From assembly GCF_018977255.1 (NCBI RefSeq), contig NW_024704742.1, forward strand, positions 89,902,001 through 89,966,000: a DNA stretch of 64,000 nucleotides. Direction: 5' to 3'. Origin of the DNA: Callorhinchus milii (taxonomy: Eukaryota). A program made the translations under genes and the position numbers. The notes under the pieces were generated by a model. It was given only the letters and a program-made list of their open reading frames with translations. It did not search any database and was not told where the DNA came from. This document shows, piece after piece, positions 12,576-25,160 of this stretch. Positions within the stretch are counted from its first letter, which is position 1, and every line of letters starts with the position of its first letter.

Positions 12576-14374
12576 TAAGTCCGCTTGGGTGCTTATTGGC
12601 AGTGGTGGTGAGAACAGCAGGTTTTACTCTTTGGGTAATAACTTGATTAATAAATAATCTTATGTTCTTACTCTTGAGATGTTTAATGTCTGAAATGTCT
12701 ATCACAATCATTGCAAATGCCAAGATAAACATCTGGCCTCACAATGAAGCGTGACTGGATTTTTGAAACCTCTCCCGCTCCTCTCTGATTGTTTGTGTGT
12801 CTGCAGTCCTGGCCCACTTATTTTTAGACTTGATGGCAGTATTTTTTTTGCTGTAATTAAAACATAATGTTCTCCAGGAATCCTGTTATGATTCCAGGAT
12901 TAAGGTATCAACATTTTGCAGTGGAAATGTTTTACAGTGGAAACTAAGTTGCATTGAAACGTTGGGTAGTGTCCTCTAGTTATCGTTGGTGTAAAAAACA
13001 TTTGTTAATTCTTTTAATAATATTATAAGTGTATAACTCTTTTGTTGCTCCCTCCTTCCCAATGACACTGTATATGTTGTTGGAAGAATAGGGAGCTGTA
13101 ATGTTTTTTTTCCTCTTGGATCTCTGCTCATACAATCATTTGAAGAATATTTTTTTCTGTGAATATGAATATTTCAAAAATATTACAGAACATATAATAA
13201 TCCTTGCATTTGATATAGTGCCTGATCACATCTTCAAGTTTTTATATATATATATATATATATATATAATACACACATTATTTCTGATGTGAGTGCCTCT
13301 AACATGCACATTGTTGTAGACTGTTCAGATCAGCCCCTTAATTTGTAATTGTGGACTTCAATCCAATTCAGGTGCTGAGATGGGAATATTGAACATTATC
13401 AGAGCACCTAATTAGATACCAGCCTTTTAATTTCACTTCAGGGTCCCTTATGCTAACCTAATGTGCACTCTGGGCAAATTAGAGTAAATGCATTGAAGGG
13501 CCTATTGCTTTTTTGGGCTTAGCTTTGGTGATGAGCACAAAAAAAATTACTGAATCTTGGTTCATTTATAACCAACTTATTGCAGCACCCCACTGGCATC
13601 GGATTGATACAGGTACTGTATATTGCTGTTATTTTTGCTGGAGGAAATTGAACAGCCATGCTCTGCTTCTATGTAATAGTACTTTTAAGTATTCTTTTCC
13701 TCTCTCTCCCCCACCCCCTCCTCTGGTGCCTCACTGAAGTGTTGTGTTCTTTGTCTGTGCCTAGACCATGAGCTTTGGAAGCAGCAACCAAACCCAATCC
13801 CATACCTGCCCCAGATTCCCACCCTCCTGTTACGACAGGAGGTTATTGAGTAGCCATTGTAAGTGGGAGCTCACAGATTTTCTTCTCAGCTTGTGGTACT
13901 GAAGCTCATGTAATGCTGGCTGACTTTAGATCACAGTATATATTATTGGAACAGACAAGGTGCAGTCCACAAATTCCTTTTAAAACAGAATTAAATAAAT
14001 GATTGGAAAAGAGGAATACTTGTGGGGATGAGAAGCGAGCAGGAGATTAGATGTTGCATGTGGAGACTAATGCCACTGTGGACATGATGGGCCAAGTGAC
14101 CTAGTTCTGATTCTGTAATCACATTGTAAAGGATTATCTGTTTCTAAGAGAATAATCCACTCATTTGTTAAATCACCAGGTTTACCATCTATTTTNAAAA
14201 AACGTACTTTACTGAATTATGTATATTTGAAAATAGTAGAATAGCTACACACTTGTATCCACTTATCTTTCTTTTAGAAGTGTTAATAAAAATAAATAAT
14301 TGTTGCCTTTACACAGTGCCTTTCACACGAGGTAGATGTCCCACAATATTTCACAGGATTTACTGTGAATTTTT

Positions 14375-14650
14375 TTTAGTCAGCTGGGTGTCTGACACAT
14401 GTCGTCTCCCATCAACAAACTTAAGAGTATCCAAACCAAGATTTCCATGCATCACACCTACACATGGAAATCTCAGAGATAGATTGTTGGAATGGAATGT
14501 GCACTCTCTCCCTGGTGGGATTCACCCTGTTTGCTTAATTCCAGGAAGTATTAAGTGCAGGTTGGCAAGAGCTTAGGGACCCCAGAGTGTGCATTAGGGT
14601 ACTGGTGGAGTCTAGCCTGATGAAAACGACATAGTTTGCCATTAATAAGT
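14375..14650. repeat. Unclassified dispersed repeat, copy 2
   Basis: Shares TTAAGAGTATCCAA, ACCTACACATGGAAAT, TTGTTGGAATGGAATG and GGACCCCAGAGTGTGCATT with copy 1. Confidence 0.85.
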
Positions 14651-16367
14651 GGAATGGCTGAGTATTTGTAGATGAACATAGCAGCCCATCCATTTTTTTT
14701 TTTGGAAAGTGCCATTGGATCTTTAACATCCACCTGAAAAAGTAGGCAGGACCTTGGTTTAACGGCTTCATCTGAAGGACGGTGCTTCCAACCACGGAAC
14801 TCCTCCCAATTCTCTCATGCAGTTTGAAGCAGCTGAGCCAAGAAACTAGAAAGTCCTTTACACAGCAGTGTGAACTTGACGGATATTGCAATTGAGGATT
14901 GTGGGCAGCTATGCTTCCATTCTTTAAGTTTTTAAAAAGTGTTTGCTCCCTTCATTTTTAGATTTCTGCAATAGCCTTTGGCACAATGTGTACAATCTAA
15001 CTGTATGTTTATCTAATAGAACTGGGCAGTTGGGAATAGTCCCAGGGATCAAGATCTGTTTAAGTTATTTTTCTAACCTGCCTGTAGTTTGCAGTGGAAA
15101 TAATCCTGGCAGCTCATCACAAAGATTTTGTCTGATGCCAAAATAGTCTGGTAACGTACCCTTAGACCTCTGGACAGTATTCAAGAAAAGGCTTGTCTGA
15201 TGGGTAATCCATCTCATTTCTGAACTTCAATTCTTTTCTAGCTCCACAACCTTCCTGGTCTTTCTCTGTTTTATCAAGATTACAATAATTGTTGCTTTTC
15301 TGACCTTTCCCCTTTTGTTCCTTCTGATGTGCTTTCCAATATGATCTCTCCTCCTGCTCTCTATGCTGAAATGAGAACTTGTTGCACCATCTTTTACTAT
15401 AATTTATTCTTTCCAGCACATCACAATAGGTTGCCAACTTCCTGCCTCTTCAAGTCAATCACTTATCCTGCAGTCTACAGCCTTGGTCAGACTAACTTCT
15501 GGTTCATTTATCTTTTCCTCTCCCTCCCCTGCTCTCTTCAAACTGTTGGTGCCCTGCTTATGGGCCTTGTGCTTCACCTAGATTTCTCAACTTTAAAAAC
15601 AAAAGGATATTTCTTATGCCATCTCAGCAATTGATGAGCTCATCTGCATCGAATAAACAGAAATAAATACTCAGAATAGTTTTTGGCGTTGGGAAATATT
15701 CTTGTTATTTCAAGTGGTCTGAAGCTGTGATAATTCAGGGAAATGCAGTCTAAATTATATCTAAAATGTAAAATGCATTTTTTTCAATCCCGCAACAGGA
15801 CTTGAGCTCAGTCTTGGCTGGCACTCCAGTACAGTACAAGGGGACTGATGCATTGTCGAAGGTGCATGCTTTCAAATGAGATGTTAATCTGAGGCCATGT
15901 TTGGCGATTTAGGCAGGTGATGAAATCCCATGACATTATTTAGAAAGAGAAAGATGTTCCTTCTGGACAATGATTTTCCAGATTAATTGGTCACTCAACT
16001 TGGGCCTGTTTGCGATCCCTTGCTTGTGCAAATGGCTTCCATGTTTGCTTACAAAAAACAGTTGCTTTGCTTGACTCAAATCTGCAAAGTGATTTGAGAA
16101 GTTTGTCATTCTTCTAAGTTGTATGTTTTTGTTTCCAGTGTCTACATTGTATAGTAAGAGTAATGGTAACAGTGGTTGCTGATCATTGAATAAAGGTGGA
16201 CCAACAACACCTTGCACTTATATAGCACCCTCCATGCAGGATAGATTCTCACAGCACTTTGATGGACCGATTTCCATCCCAAATTCCAATGGAGAAAGGC
16301 TTCCACTGAGTTGTGTACATCTATTGGTGGGGGATTTAATCTGATATTGGAATATTTTGCTTCACAG

Positions 16368-16547
16368 GCGTCATCGCTGTCCACATCTTCCCACTGCGAT
16401 CTATGAAAATACTAATAAACGATGCTTCATTACTGAGTACTTGGATAAATACGTACCATATGAAAACTTCAAGCCCAGAGAATCCTACAGACCAAGGGAG
16501 GAATATCAGAGACATCAAGGGAACATGCAGAGCTTGACTACATTCAG
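16368..16547 (+). CDS. SAXO1: SAXO/FAM154 family (stabilizer of axonemal microtubules), internal coding exon (equivalent to exon 2)
   Basis: Acceptor ttcacag|G, donor AG|gtaact, 180 nt, phase 2 to 2. Translates (G)RHRCPHLPTAIYENTNKRCFITEYLDKYVPYENFKPRESYRPREEYQRHQGNMQSLTTF(R), matching recalled human SAXO1 RHHCPHLPTKIY...PRESFKPRREYQ. Paralog choice rests mainly on adjacency to ADAMTSL1. Confidence 0.9.
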
Positions 16548-16636
16548 GTAACTTCTGGACTTCACTCATTCACACCATTCTCAGGCACTTAACAGAACAG
16601 ACCCATATGTCAGGAGGCGCATTAAGGTGAAAGTTG

Positions 16637-17178
16637 ATAACAACAACTTGCATTTATATATTGCCCTCCACAATGGGCGGCTTCTTGGAGCGCTTAACAA
16701 TGGTGGAGCCCGAAGGCAAGTCAGGGGAGTGGGAAGGTGTCCATAGGCACGGTCGAAGAGGAAGGTCTTCAGGCGCAACCTGAAGATGGGGAAGGAGGGG
16801 GCGAGGCAAAGAGGTTGAAGGAGGGAATTCCAAAGTTTTGGGGTGTAGTGGCTGAAGGCACGTCCACCGATGGTGGAGTGGAGGATTCGGGGGATACGGA
16901 GGAGGCCGGATTCAGTAGAGCGGAGGCAGCGGGTACTGCTGTGGGGAGAGAGGAGGTTAGAGAGATGGGGGGTGCCAAGAATGGAGGGATTTAAACACTA
17001 GGGTGAGGATCTTGAAGTCGATCTGCTTTGTGACGGAGCCAGTGGAGTTTGGCAAAGACTGGAGTAATCGGGGTACAAAGTTTGGTGCGGGTAAGAATGC
17101 AGGCAGTGGAGTTTTGAATGAGCTGAATTTTGTGAATAGTGGAGGAGGGGAGACCAGCGAGGCGGGTGTTAGAGTAGT
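16637..17178 (-). mobile_element. L2 LINE 3' end in SAXO intron
   Basis: (CAA)n-CTTGCATTTATAT tail and RLKTFLFDRAY C-terminal peptide. Related 3' ends at ~2210-2400 (-), 27305-27550 (+), 31145-31435 (-), 41268-41428 (+), 54476-54792 (+) and 60550-60800 (+). Confidence 0.82.
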
Positions 17179-17329
17179 ACTGTAATACTGATACTATAAT
17201 TCATAAACAAACAGTTTTATCAATAAAACCATGTCTGTTTTTTATGTGTTATGAAAAAGCTAGGCTATTCATTGTTTGTTGCATGAATGATAGTGATGTC
17301 AATGACATCAGGTGGAATATTGTTTTTCG

Positions 17330-17735
17330 GCCTGGCTGAATCAGAGGATTTTGGGTTCAAGCTCCTCGTCGGGACTTGAACCCGTATAATCCAAGCTCAC
17401 GTTCCAATGCAGTGCTTGTAATGTGCTCCATTATTGGAGGTGATTTTATTCGGCGGCGATATTAAACTGAGGTCCCAACTGCCTGTTCAGGTGCATGTTA
17501 AAGATTCCATAGCACTAGTCAAAAAGAAGGAAGTTTCTCCTAGTGTCCTGCCCAACAATCCCCAAAATAAAATTGGTTATTTGTTTCATGGCTATTGCTG
17601 TGTGTAATTGGGCTGCCATGTTTGACTATAGAATTCAGTCAGGCCGCTTCAAACTAAATCCCGGGAAGCCGTTTAAGACATCCTCCTTGCGTGAAATGCT
17701 CTATACCAAATGCAAGGATTATTATCATTATAAGT
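17330..17735 (+). mobile_element. Older Deu-domain SINE
   Basis: GGGTTCAAG head, ATTAAACTGAGGTCCC...GTTAAAGATTCCATAGCAC core, AAATGCAAGGATTATT tail. Confidence 0.72.
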
Positions 17736-17737
17736 AT

Positions 17738-18080
17738 TATAATAATCCTTGCATTTCGTTTAGTGCCTTATCACATCTTCTAGACATCTCAAAGCGCTTC
17801 ACATAATATACTGTAAAGTGAGTTGACTGTATTTGTGGGCGAAACGCAGCAGCTGATTGCACACAGCAGTGTCCCATAAAGAGTGACCAAATTTTTTTGA
17901 GGATTATTATCCCAAGAACGCGATCTGTCAATTGGCTAACAAGCGAGTTCCTGCTTACTGCTAGGTAAACAGGAGTGTGGAGTAAGGAAACTTGCCCAAC
18001 GTTTCGCCCTGCCGAGAATCAAACCCGGGTCCTCTCGCTTGAGAGGCGAATGCTCTAACCACTAAACTATAGGATTCCAC
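17738..18080 (-). mobile_element. tRNA-derived SINE, long subfamily
   Basis: Reverse-complement homolog of 7146-7511, lying tail-to-tail with the older SINE at 17330-17735. Confidence 0.85.
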
Positions 18081-19770
18081 TATTAGTACTATAAATTCAT
18101 GTTATGCAATACATTTTAGATTTGTTCTTTTGCCAGTAAAATTGTTTTAAACGTGGAGCATAAATTATGACCAATATGAATTCTACATTTGCTTCACTCG
18201 CCTTCCTCATTGTCTTTTACTGTTTAAATTAGTAATGTCGAAAGCTGATTGTTATACATTGCCTAAGTTACTAACCTACTAACTCAAAGTCATTTAACCT
18301 GTGGTGCATTTCATAGGGGAAGAAAAAGTGGTTAGTTCCCTGCAGTGCATGGGATATAGAGTGAAATGCTTGCTACATATTTCCTAGAAAAATAATCTGT
18401 GTAACTCATACAGAATTCTTTTTTGATGAATAGGAGGAAATAAAGAAAGGAGCTTTTTTCTCAAGGGCTGAAAGATCTATTGCTTCCTGTGAGAAAAGTA
18501 GCTGACTTTTCTTGTTCATCTGTGCAGTTTAATTTGTCCCAGCCTGCAGGCTTGATTTTTCCCCTTGGTGTGTTGCTGGACTAAGTGTCTTGCATTAAAA
18601 CACTAAAATAGTGAAACAGCGGCATGTGGGATGATTTATACTGTATATTGCAAATAGACTGACCTGATAACTCATGAACAACAAAGCTGCTTGTTGCCAC
18701 AAGAGTTATTATAGTTATCCTATGGTAGTTCATTGTGCATTCTGTTTCTACTGCATGACCCCCTCCCCCCCCCACCCCCCACCCATGGTTTAATGCATAA
18801 ATTCATCCTGTGGCATTCAGATACAAAACAGGAAAGTCCTGGGCTTGATCTATTGTCTGTGTTGAATTAGTTAAACTCATCCAGGCTGGTGAAGAAATTG
18901 CTACACTGGGTTTCAGCATCCTCTGGATTACAGAGGGGAAAATTACAACCATTGTCCCTGATGGCTTACCACTGAGCTGCTCAAGTGCCTATGTAATAGT
19001 GACTTTGGCTCAGTTTGTGGCGCTTTCATCTTGGAAGGTCATGGGTTCAAGCCCCGTGTCTGGACTTGAGCTCATAGTCTAGGGTGTTGGTCCGACAACA
19101 AGAATCGGCACTTATCACGTCAGGTGAATGTCTCAAAGTGCTTTACAAAGACAAAATGGGAGATGGAGTATGAGGATGTGGCCAAAGGTGCAGTCGAGAG
19201 GGAAGTTTTTAAACGGGTTGGGAGTGAGGTTGAAGTTTTGATGAGCAGTTTTAGAGGGTAAAGTTGCTGAAAGCTTGTTTGCCAATGTTGGGACAGTGCA
19301 GGCAGGAAGCATGTTCCAGGACAGTATAAGGAATACTGATTACTCAATGGTTGGAGGTACTGTTTTTCAGATGAGTTAAACCAAGACACCATCTACCTCA
19401 GTTTCTGGCCTGTCCTACCCATTCCATACTTGCCATTCTTCATACAAATTAACTGAATCCAAATCCTCTTCACTTTCCATCTTGAGCTTTGGTTTGCTTT
19501 GTTAAACTCTCAAAAAAAAGTGATCACATAATCCACGACTAAGAGACTGCTGTGTGCTATTGGCTGCTGCGTTTCGCCCACAAGATAAAGTCAATTGACT
19601 TCACAGTATGTTCTGTGAAGCACTTTGAGATATTTCAAAGATAGGATAAGGGACTATATCAAATGCAAGGATTATTATAATATTCGATGACAAAATCTGC
19701 CCCTGTGCTTCCTCAGTGTATGTTTCATATTTCAATAATGTGTATGTTGTTTTCACTATCCCATTCACAG

Positions 19771-19973
19771 AGCAGATTATGTTCCACATGATATTCATGC
19801 GAGGCCAGGACGAATCCTTCAAGAGTTCAAGCAACCGCAGGGGACCATGGACCTCGATACTACGTACAAACAGGATTTTAACTATCGTTCCAGCTACCCA
19901 TCTGCTACTACTCGACCACAAGAACAGAAGTGGAGCTCTAGAGCAAGGATGGAAACAATCCCTACGTACAAAG
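19771..19973 (+). CDS. SAXO1: SAXO/FAM154 internal coding exon
   Basis: ttcacag|A ... AAAG|gtaaga, 203 nt, phase 2 to 1, in frame with both neighbours. ADYVPHDIHARPGRILQEFKQPQGTMDLDTTYKQDFNY...METIPTYK contains Mn-type repeats. Confidence 0.9.
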
Positions 19974-20049
19974 GTAAGATGGTCTCTTTGATGTGTTTAA
20001 CCAACTTCAGGATTCAGTATTTACCCTTTTAAACATTGGTACGTGACCG

Positions 20050-20078
20050 GTGTGTGTGTGTGTGTGTGCGTGTGTGTG
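20050..20078. repeat. (GT)n microsatellite
   Basis: Direct reading. Others: (TA)n 13243-13268 and 37508-37523, (CT)n 38149-38172, AGAC/AGGC-type low complexity 48695-48787. Confidence 0.9.
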
Positions 20079-20319
20079 GTACTAAGTGTATTTAGTAGGA
20101 AGATTCCCGATTCAGTTGGATGTTGATCTCAGGTGGAGAGTATAACATTAGCTTCAGTTTCTCTGGGCTGGAAGAGGAGAGCCATCCAGAACTCCCTTCT
20201 GAGACCTGTTGGAAGACTTGTTTGGAATTTGGGTGGATCAGAGTGCGATGGTCTTCCCAGGCAACTCTTCTGCTATTACTGGTTTCTATTAAGAAGACTT
20301 CCACTTGGATTGAGGTACA

Positions 20320-20638
20320 TAATAATAATAATAATCCTTGCATTTGATATAGCGCTTTTCACATCGGAAGGACGTCCCAAAGCGCTTCACAGAACACACT
20401 GTAAAGTGAATTGACTGTAAATTTGTGGGCGAACGCAGCAGCCAATTGCGCACAGCAATGTTCCACAAACAGTCGTAGATTGAAAATGACCAATTTTATT
20501 ATTGTTTTTGGTTTTGGAGGGATTATTATTAGGCGTGTGGAGTAAGGAAACTTGCCCAAGGTTTCGCCCTGCCTGGAATTGAACTCTGGTCTCTCCTTGC
20601 AAAGTGAGTGCTCTAACCACTGAGCTACAGGACTCCAC
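20320..20638 (-). mobile_element. Full-length young tRNA-derived SINE in SAXO intron
   Basis: Near-identical to 12250-12575. Confidence 0.92.
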
Positions 20639-21040
20639 ATATGAGCTGTGCCTGGGAAGCTGAACCTCACCTGAGTCCCTGTTTAAAAGAGAGGAGGGTA
20701 ATGAGGGTACTGAGGAAAGGAGATAATGGAAGAACTTTGCTGTATTGTTAGAAATTATCATTATTGGAAAATAATAAATGGTGATGCAGGTGCCAGTAGG
20801 AATTGTGCCTGCTTTTCATTAGTTTAGATGACCTGCCTCAACTCAATGATTTTTCTGCATTAATGGGTGACCTGGGGAGGAACTTTTGATCATTGGGCAA
20901 ACTGGGAAACAGAAATATGGATAACACTAGCTATTCCCAAGTTAATGTGAATTTACTTATATAAATAACTATTATTCTTGTCTTCCTACAGTGAGCCATC
21001 CTTTGTGTTTTCAATTTTAAGTAATTTATTTTTGTTTCAG

Positions 21041-22083
21041 ATCATTACAAACCATGGGAAATTTCTAAACGCGAGACTGCTAAACCAGAGTATACTTTCA
21101 GACCTCCATCAATGAAATTTGGTAACTTAACCACTTTCCAGGATGATTATCAGTACAAGGGCCTAGTTCCACAGCAGAGCTTCAAACCTTCAAATGCAAC
21201 CAGGCTATCAAGCAAGCCCTTTGAAGACCTGACTAACTATCGTCAGCATTACATACCGTACATCTATGAGGCACGGAAAAGGCATGAAAAGGAACCGTAC
21301 AAGCCTAGTGAGCAAACCTTTGATGATCTCACTACCCACAGAAGAGACTTCAAGGGGCAGTCGGGAGAGCTTACAAAGCTGATTCGTCCTGAGAACACCA
21401 ATGTTAATTCCAATCAACCATTTTACGATCTGACTGAATTTCGTGACAAATACAAGGCTTGGACTGTAGAGCCACCAACGCTTCATAAATCTGCTGACTA
21501 CATGGTTCCTGAAGATAAGATGAACCTGACCACAACCAGTCAGGCAAACTTTGTGGGGCACAATGTCCAGCCTTTTGTGTCGGCTCGTCCTTTGCCCCAC
21601 CCCAGCAGGCACAGCATCCCGTTTGAAGGAATCTCCACCATGAAAGAAGACTATAAACCATGGAACTGCACTCGTGAACCAATGATCAAACCACAGGGAG
21701 AACTGGAAAAGCCAACTGGCAAATTTGAAGATACAACAACCTTCAAAGCCCATTATCTTCCTCTCCCAATTGGCCTCACCCACCGCTTCAAGCCACACAA
21801 TTCTTTTGCCTCTAGCTCCGTGCCATTAGATAGCGGCACCACATATCGCTTCAGTTACACACCAAAGCAAATAGTCGTGTGTCCTGCTTCATTCCCAGTA
21901 CCACCGGGCTATGAGTATGAGAAAACTGATAGGTTGGGTCACAAGTTTTTTCGTCCTCTGTATGAAGGGGAGGATGGCCATCCTAACCCATTGCATACCA
22001 CAATGGACTGGGTTTCGGATGCCCAAGGTCCTGATAAAGCAATAATTGAGGGTTCTCCAGATGAGGCAATAACTGCAGCTTGA
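21041..22083 (+). CDS. SAXO1: SAXO/FAM154 large terminal coding exon
   Basis: tttgtttcag|AT CAT TAC..., open to TGA at 22081-22083 and containing ORF 21112-22083. Has repeated F(E/D)xxT(T/N/E)xxx(D/H)(Y/F) modules and the family C-terminal CPASFPVPPGYEYEKTDRLGHKFF motif. Confidence 0.93.
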
Positions 22084-25000
22084 AAAAAAAAATCATTTTC
22101 CACCAGAAAAAAATGCATCTTCCCTTTCTTTCCTTAGTAGCAAAGCTAATTTTTTATTAGTGGTTGTGCTTTGTTGTCCTCTGAGGGTATATGTCAGTCT
22201 TGTTGATGGCAGCAGTGGTTAATTGGAGGAATTTGGTTTTGAGTGTGTGAGCTTTCTCCTCCACCTCTTTCTCTCTCTACCCACCCCTCCATCCAACACG
22301 TTTATGTAGACCTCATCGGGACAACCACTTCAAGTGGCTGAAATCACAGGTAAATGAGAGATTTATCAGTGCCACTATCCTGCCATATCTACGTGATGGC
22401 AGCCTTTAGATCACGCACAATGTTGTATTCTCTTTCCCCTGGGTGGGGGAGGGGGAGAAGTGCCTACTCACAGTTTAAGCCCTCCCCACAGCACCATTTA
22501 ATGTGATGGTGATGTGGGGAAATCTCCACACTATACTCCACCCAACCTGGGTCTCTTATTTCTAACCCACAATTTGGTGCTCTCATGAATTGGTGCTCTA
22601 ACACACTGTGCCATGAACTCGCCTAGCAAGCTTCTATATTTAACATTTGGATTGAGGTTATTTAAATCTCTAAATGCAACATTTCTTTTAGCCATGCAGG
22701 AAATGTATGCTTTGGAAGGTGGGTGGCTGGGACCACACTGACATGTAGAACAGACAACTTTTCCACATTATTACTGTCATCATAGTCCAGTGCTCCTGGC
22801 ACCAGCCTTTCTGACTTTAAATCCTGATTGCCTGGACTAGAAGCAGGGCAGTAAAACTAGTGCATGTAAGTGAAAGAAAGAGTAAAGGTGCAAAGAAAAA
22901 GCATGGTGCTGTTTCTTAAACAAATAAGTTTGACGAAACTAGCTCATTTCCATAACCACATTGCTCAGAAACAAGCAGGTTCCTGAAGACCGTTCAATGC
23001 ATTCCTTGCCTTATAGAAAGATTCAGAGATCCTTTCTTTGTCTCTCGAAGGAGCAAGAGAAGCAAATTATATAAGGAACCTTGCATTATTTTGTAATAAT
23101 GCAAAATCACCTCCAGAGAGCAAAAAAACACCTCCAGAATTCCTAAATAATGTGTCTTTTCCTAAGGGAAACTTAAATATTTCAAATACCTACTCTATTT
23201 TAAAGACTTGAGCTCCCAGCTGTGAACTGAATTTACAACCATGAGTAAAATTCCAGTATTGAAAGTTCTACATGAGCACACTACCCCAACAAGACAGTCC
23301 TGGCTTAGTTAGGGTCCTGGCTTTGAGAGATGTTTGGTTACTCCATTTGCTTAGTGGGCAGTGTCTGAAAGCAGTAAAAGGATTGGTTTGTGTTTTGAAG
23401 AGAACCCCATTTTGGGTAACGGACATGCAGACTTGGGACAATGAGATGAAAAAGGTTGAAATGAGCTTCATGTTACAAATTTGCATCATTCTATTTGGAA
23501 ACATACCACTTTTGCCACATTTAGCTGTAATTATAGGTTACAGTAATTTACCTGATGTAAAAGGTGTGCTTGTCACTGTATGTGCAAAAAGAAACATATG
23601 CACAATTTTTTCTGGGCTGTGCAGTACACATTATAGCAAACAGTAATCGAATTGGAATGCACATTTTCCCACACTTTTTCCTTTCAAACTCCACATCCCT
23701 TGTCCATTCTCTAAGAAGCGTATCTTACCATGAGTGCACAGTACGGAGTACCGTGAAAAAATGGAAAGAGTGATGATATAGATAGTAATCCTGTGATGTA
23801 ACTTAAGATGTTCCGACACCATGGAATGGAGCTAGTTTAAAATGCAAAGATAATTGTTTTTAATATTGATGCTAGAATGAGTTCATTGTATTTTTGCATA
23901 GTCTGTAGGACCCCAGAGCTTTACATTTGGCTCTAACCAAGGAATAATAAGAATTTAATTTTCATTTAGCACAGACTTGTTAAAAGCAAGCAAAACCTCA
24001 GAACTGATCCTTGATTTTTTTGTTTCTCTTTCCTGTAACTAATCCTGAATAGAAAACTTATAGTTATTTTGTAACATTTCCTATTTTGCATTGTTCAAGG
24101 AACTTAGTTTTGCATAGAATGAAATGGAACACTTTGTGGTTTGTTTGGCAGTCCAGGCCTGAATATGGTATAAATGTTCACATTCACAGTCAGACAGCTG
24201 CATATACTGTTATAACGCACTAGATTATAAGAATGGGGAACATAGACAGTGCAGGTTGAATATGCCAAGCAGAAAACCCTGCACCATATATTCGGATTGG
24301 GAAAGGTATAAGGTGATATGTTCATTTCTGAAGATTAAATGCATATTTTTATATTCAATTGTTAAAATGTTTGCATGTTTATATAGTGTTTGTTTACAAA
24401 TTATTTAGTCCAAAAGAAATGTACTGTGGGTTTTCTTAATGATGTGTTATCTATTGGAAAGGATCCTGGAAATACATACAGTATCAATAGAGCTCACATA
24501 GTATTCAAAATGGGCTGCCATTCAACATTTATTTACAGATTAAAACTCCTAATTGGAGAGCTCAGGAAAGGGCACATTGGAAATTTATCTGAACAAAGAA
24601 TCCGAAAGTCTGAAGTTACTTGTGACTGAAGACGTCTTTCAACGTGTCCATTTTGCACCATCTCTTGAGACCTATATTTAATTGAGGCTGCAATGATGAA
24701 AAGTACCTATGGCTATCTGATTTTTTTTTCATAGTCTCAGGAACATTTGTAAAATTAACATTGTGTTAGTAATAACTTTGAAAACTATTTTGTGATTGAA
24801 ATGTTTTCACTGGATTGTTTATTGTACAGTATTGTCTTTAATGAACAGGTAGGTGCCTACAGAATTTATTGCACCTATTTGTAGGTCTCAAACTCAAACT
24901 GTTTGGGAAGTTTAATCTTTCCGGTTTGCTTTAGCTTTTGCATTCATGGCTTCACGTTGCGACTCTCAGTAACTGGACTTACAGCTTTTGCACTGATGTG

Positions 25001-25154
25001 GCTGGTGGGTCTCTGAGTGAATGCAGATTTTTTTTTGTTGCTATATTTTTAATCTGAAAACAAGTCTTTGTAGTGCTGTGAAATTTCTATAATTTGTATT
25101 GTAAAGGTTACTGGTGCCAATTTATTGGATGGGTTCCTGTTAATTGAAACTGCT

Positions 25155-25160
25155 AATAAA
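25155..25160 (+). promoter_or_regulatory. Candidate SAXO polyadenylation signal AATAAA
   Basis: AATAAA after a long T/TGTA-rich stretch about 3.1 kb past the stop codon. Motif evidence only. Confidence 0.35.

Noticed and set aside
21208..21798. 196-aa antisense ORF (and 21404-21682)
   Set aside because: Shadow of the SAXO terminal exon, with no recognisable domain.
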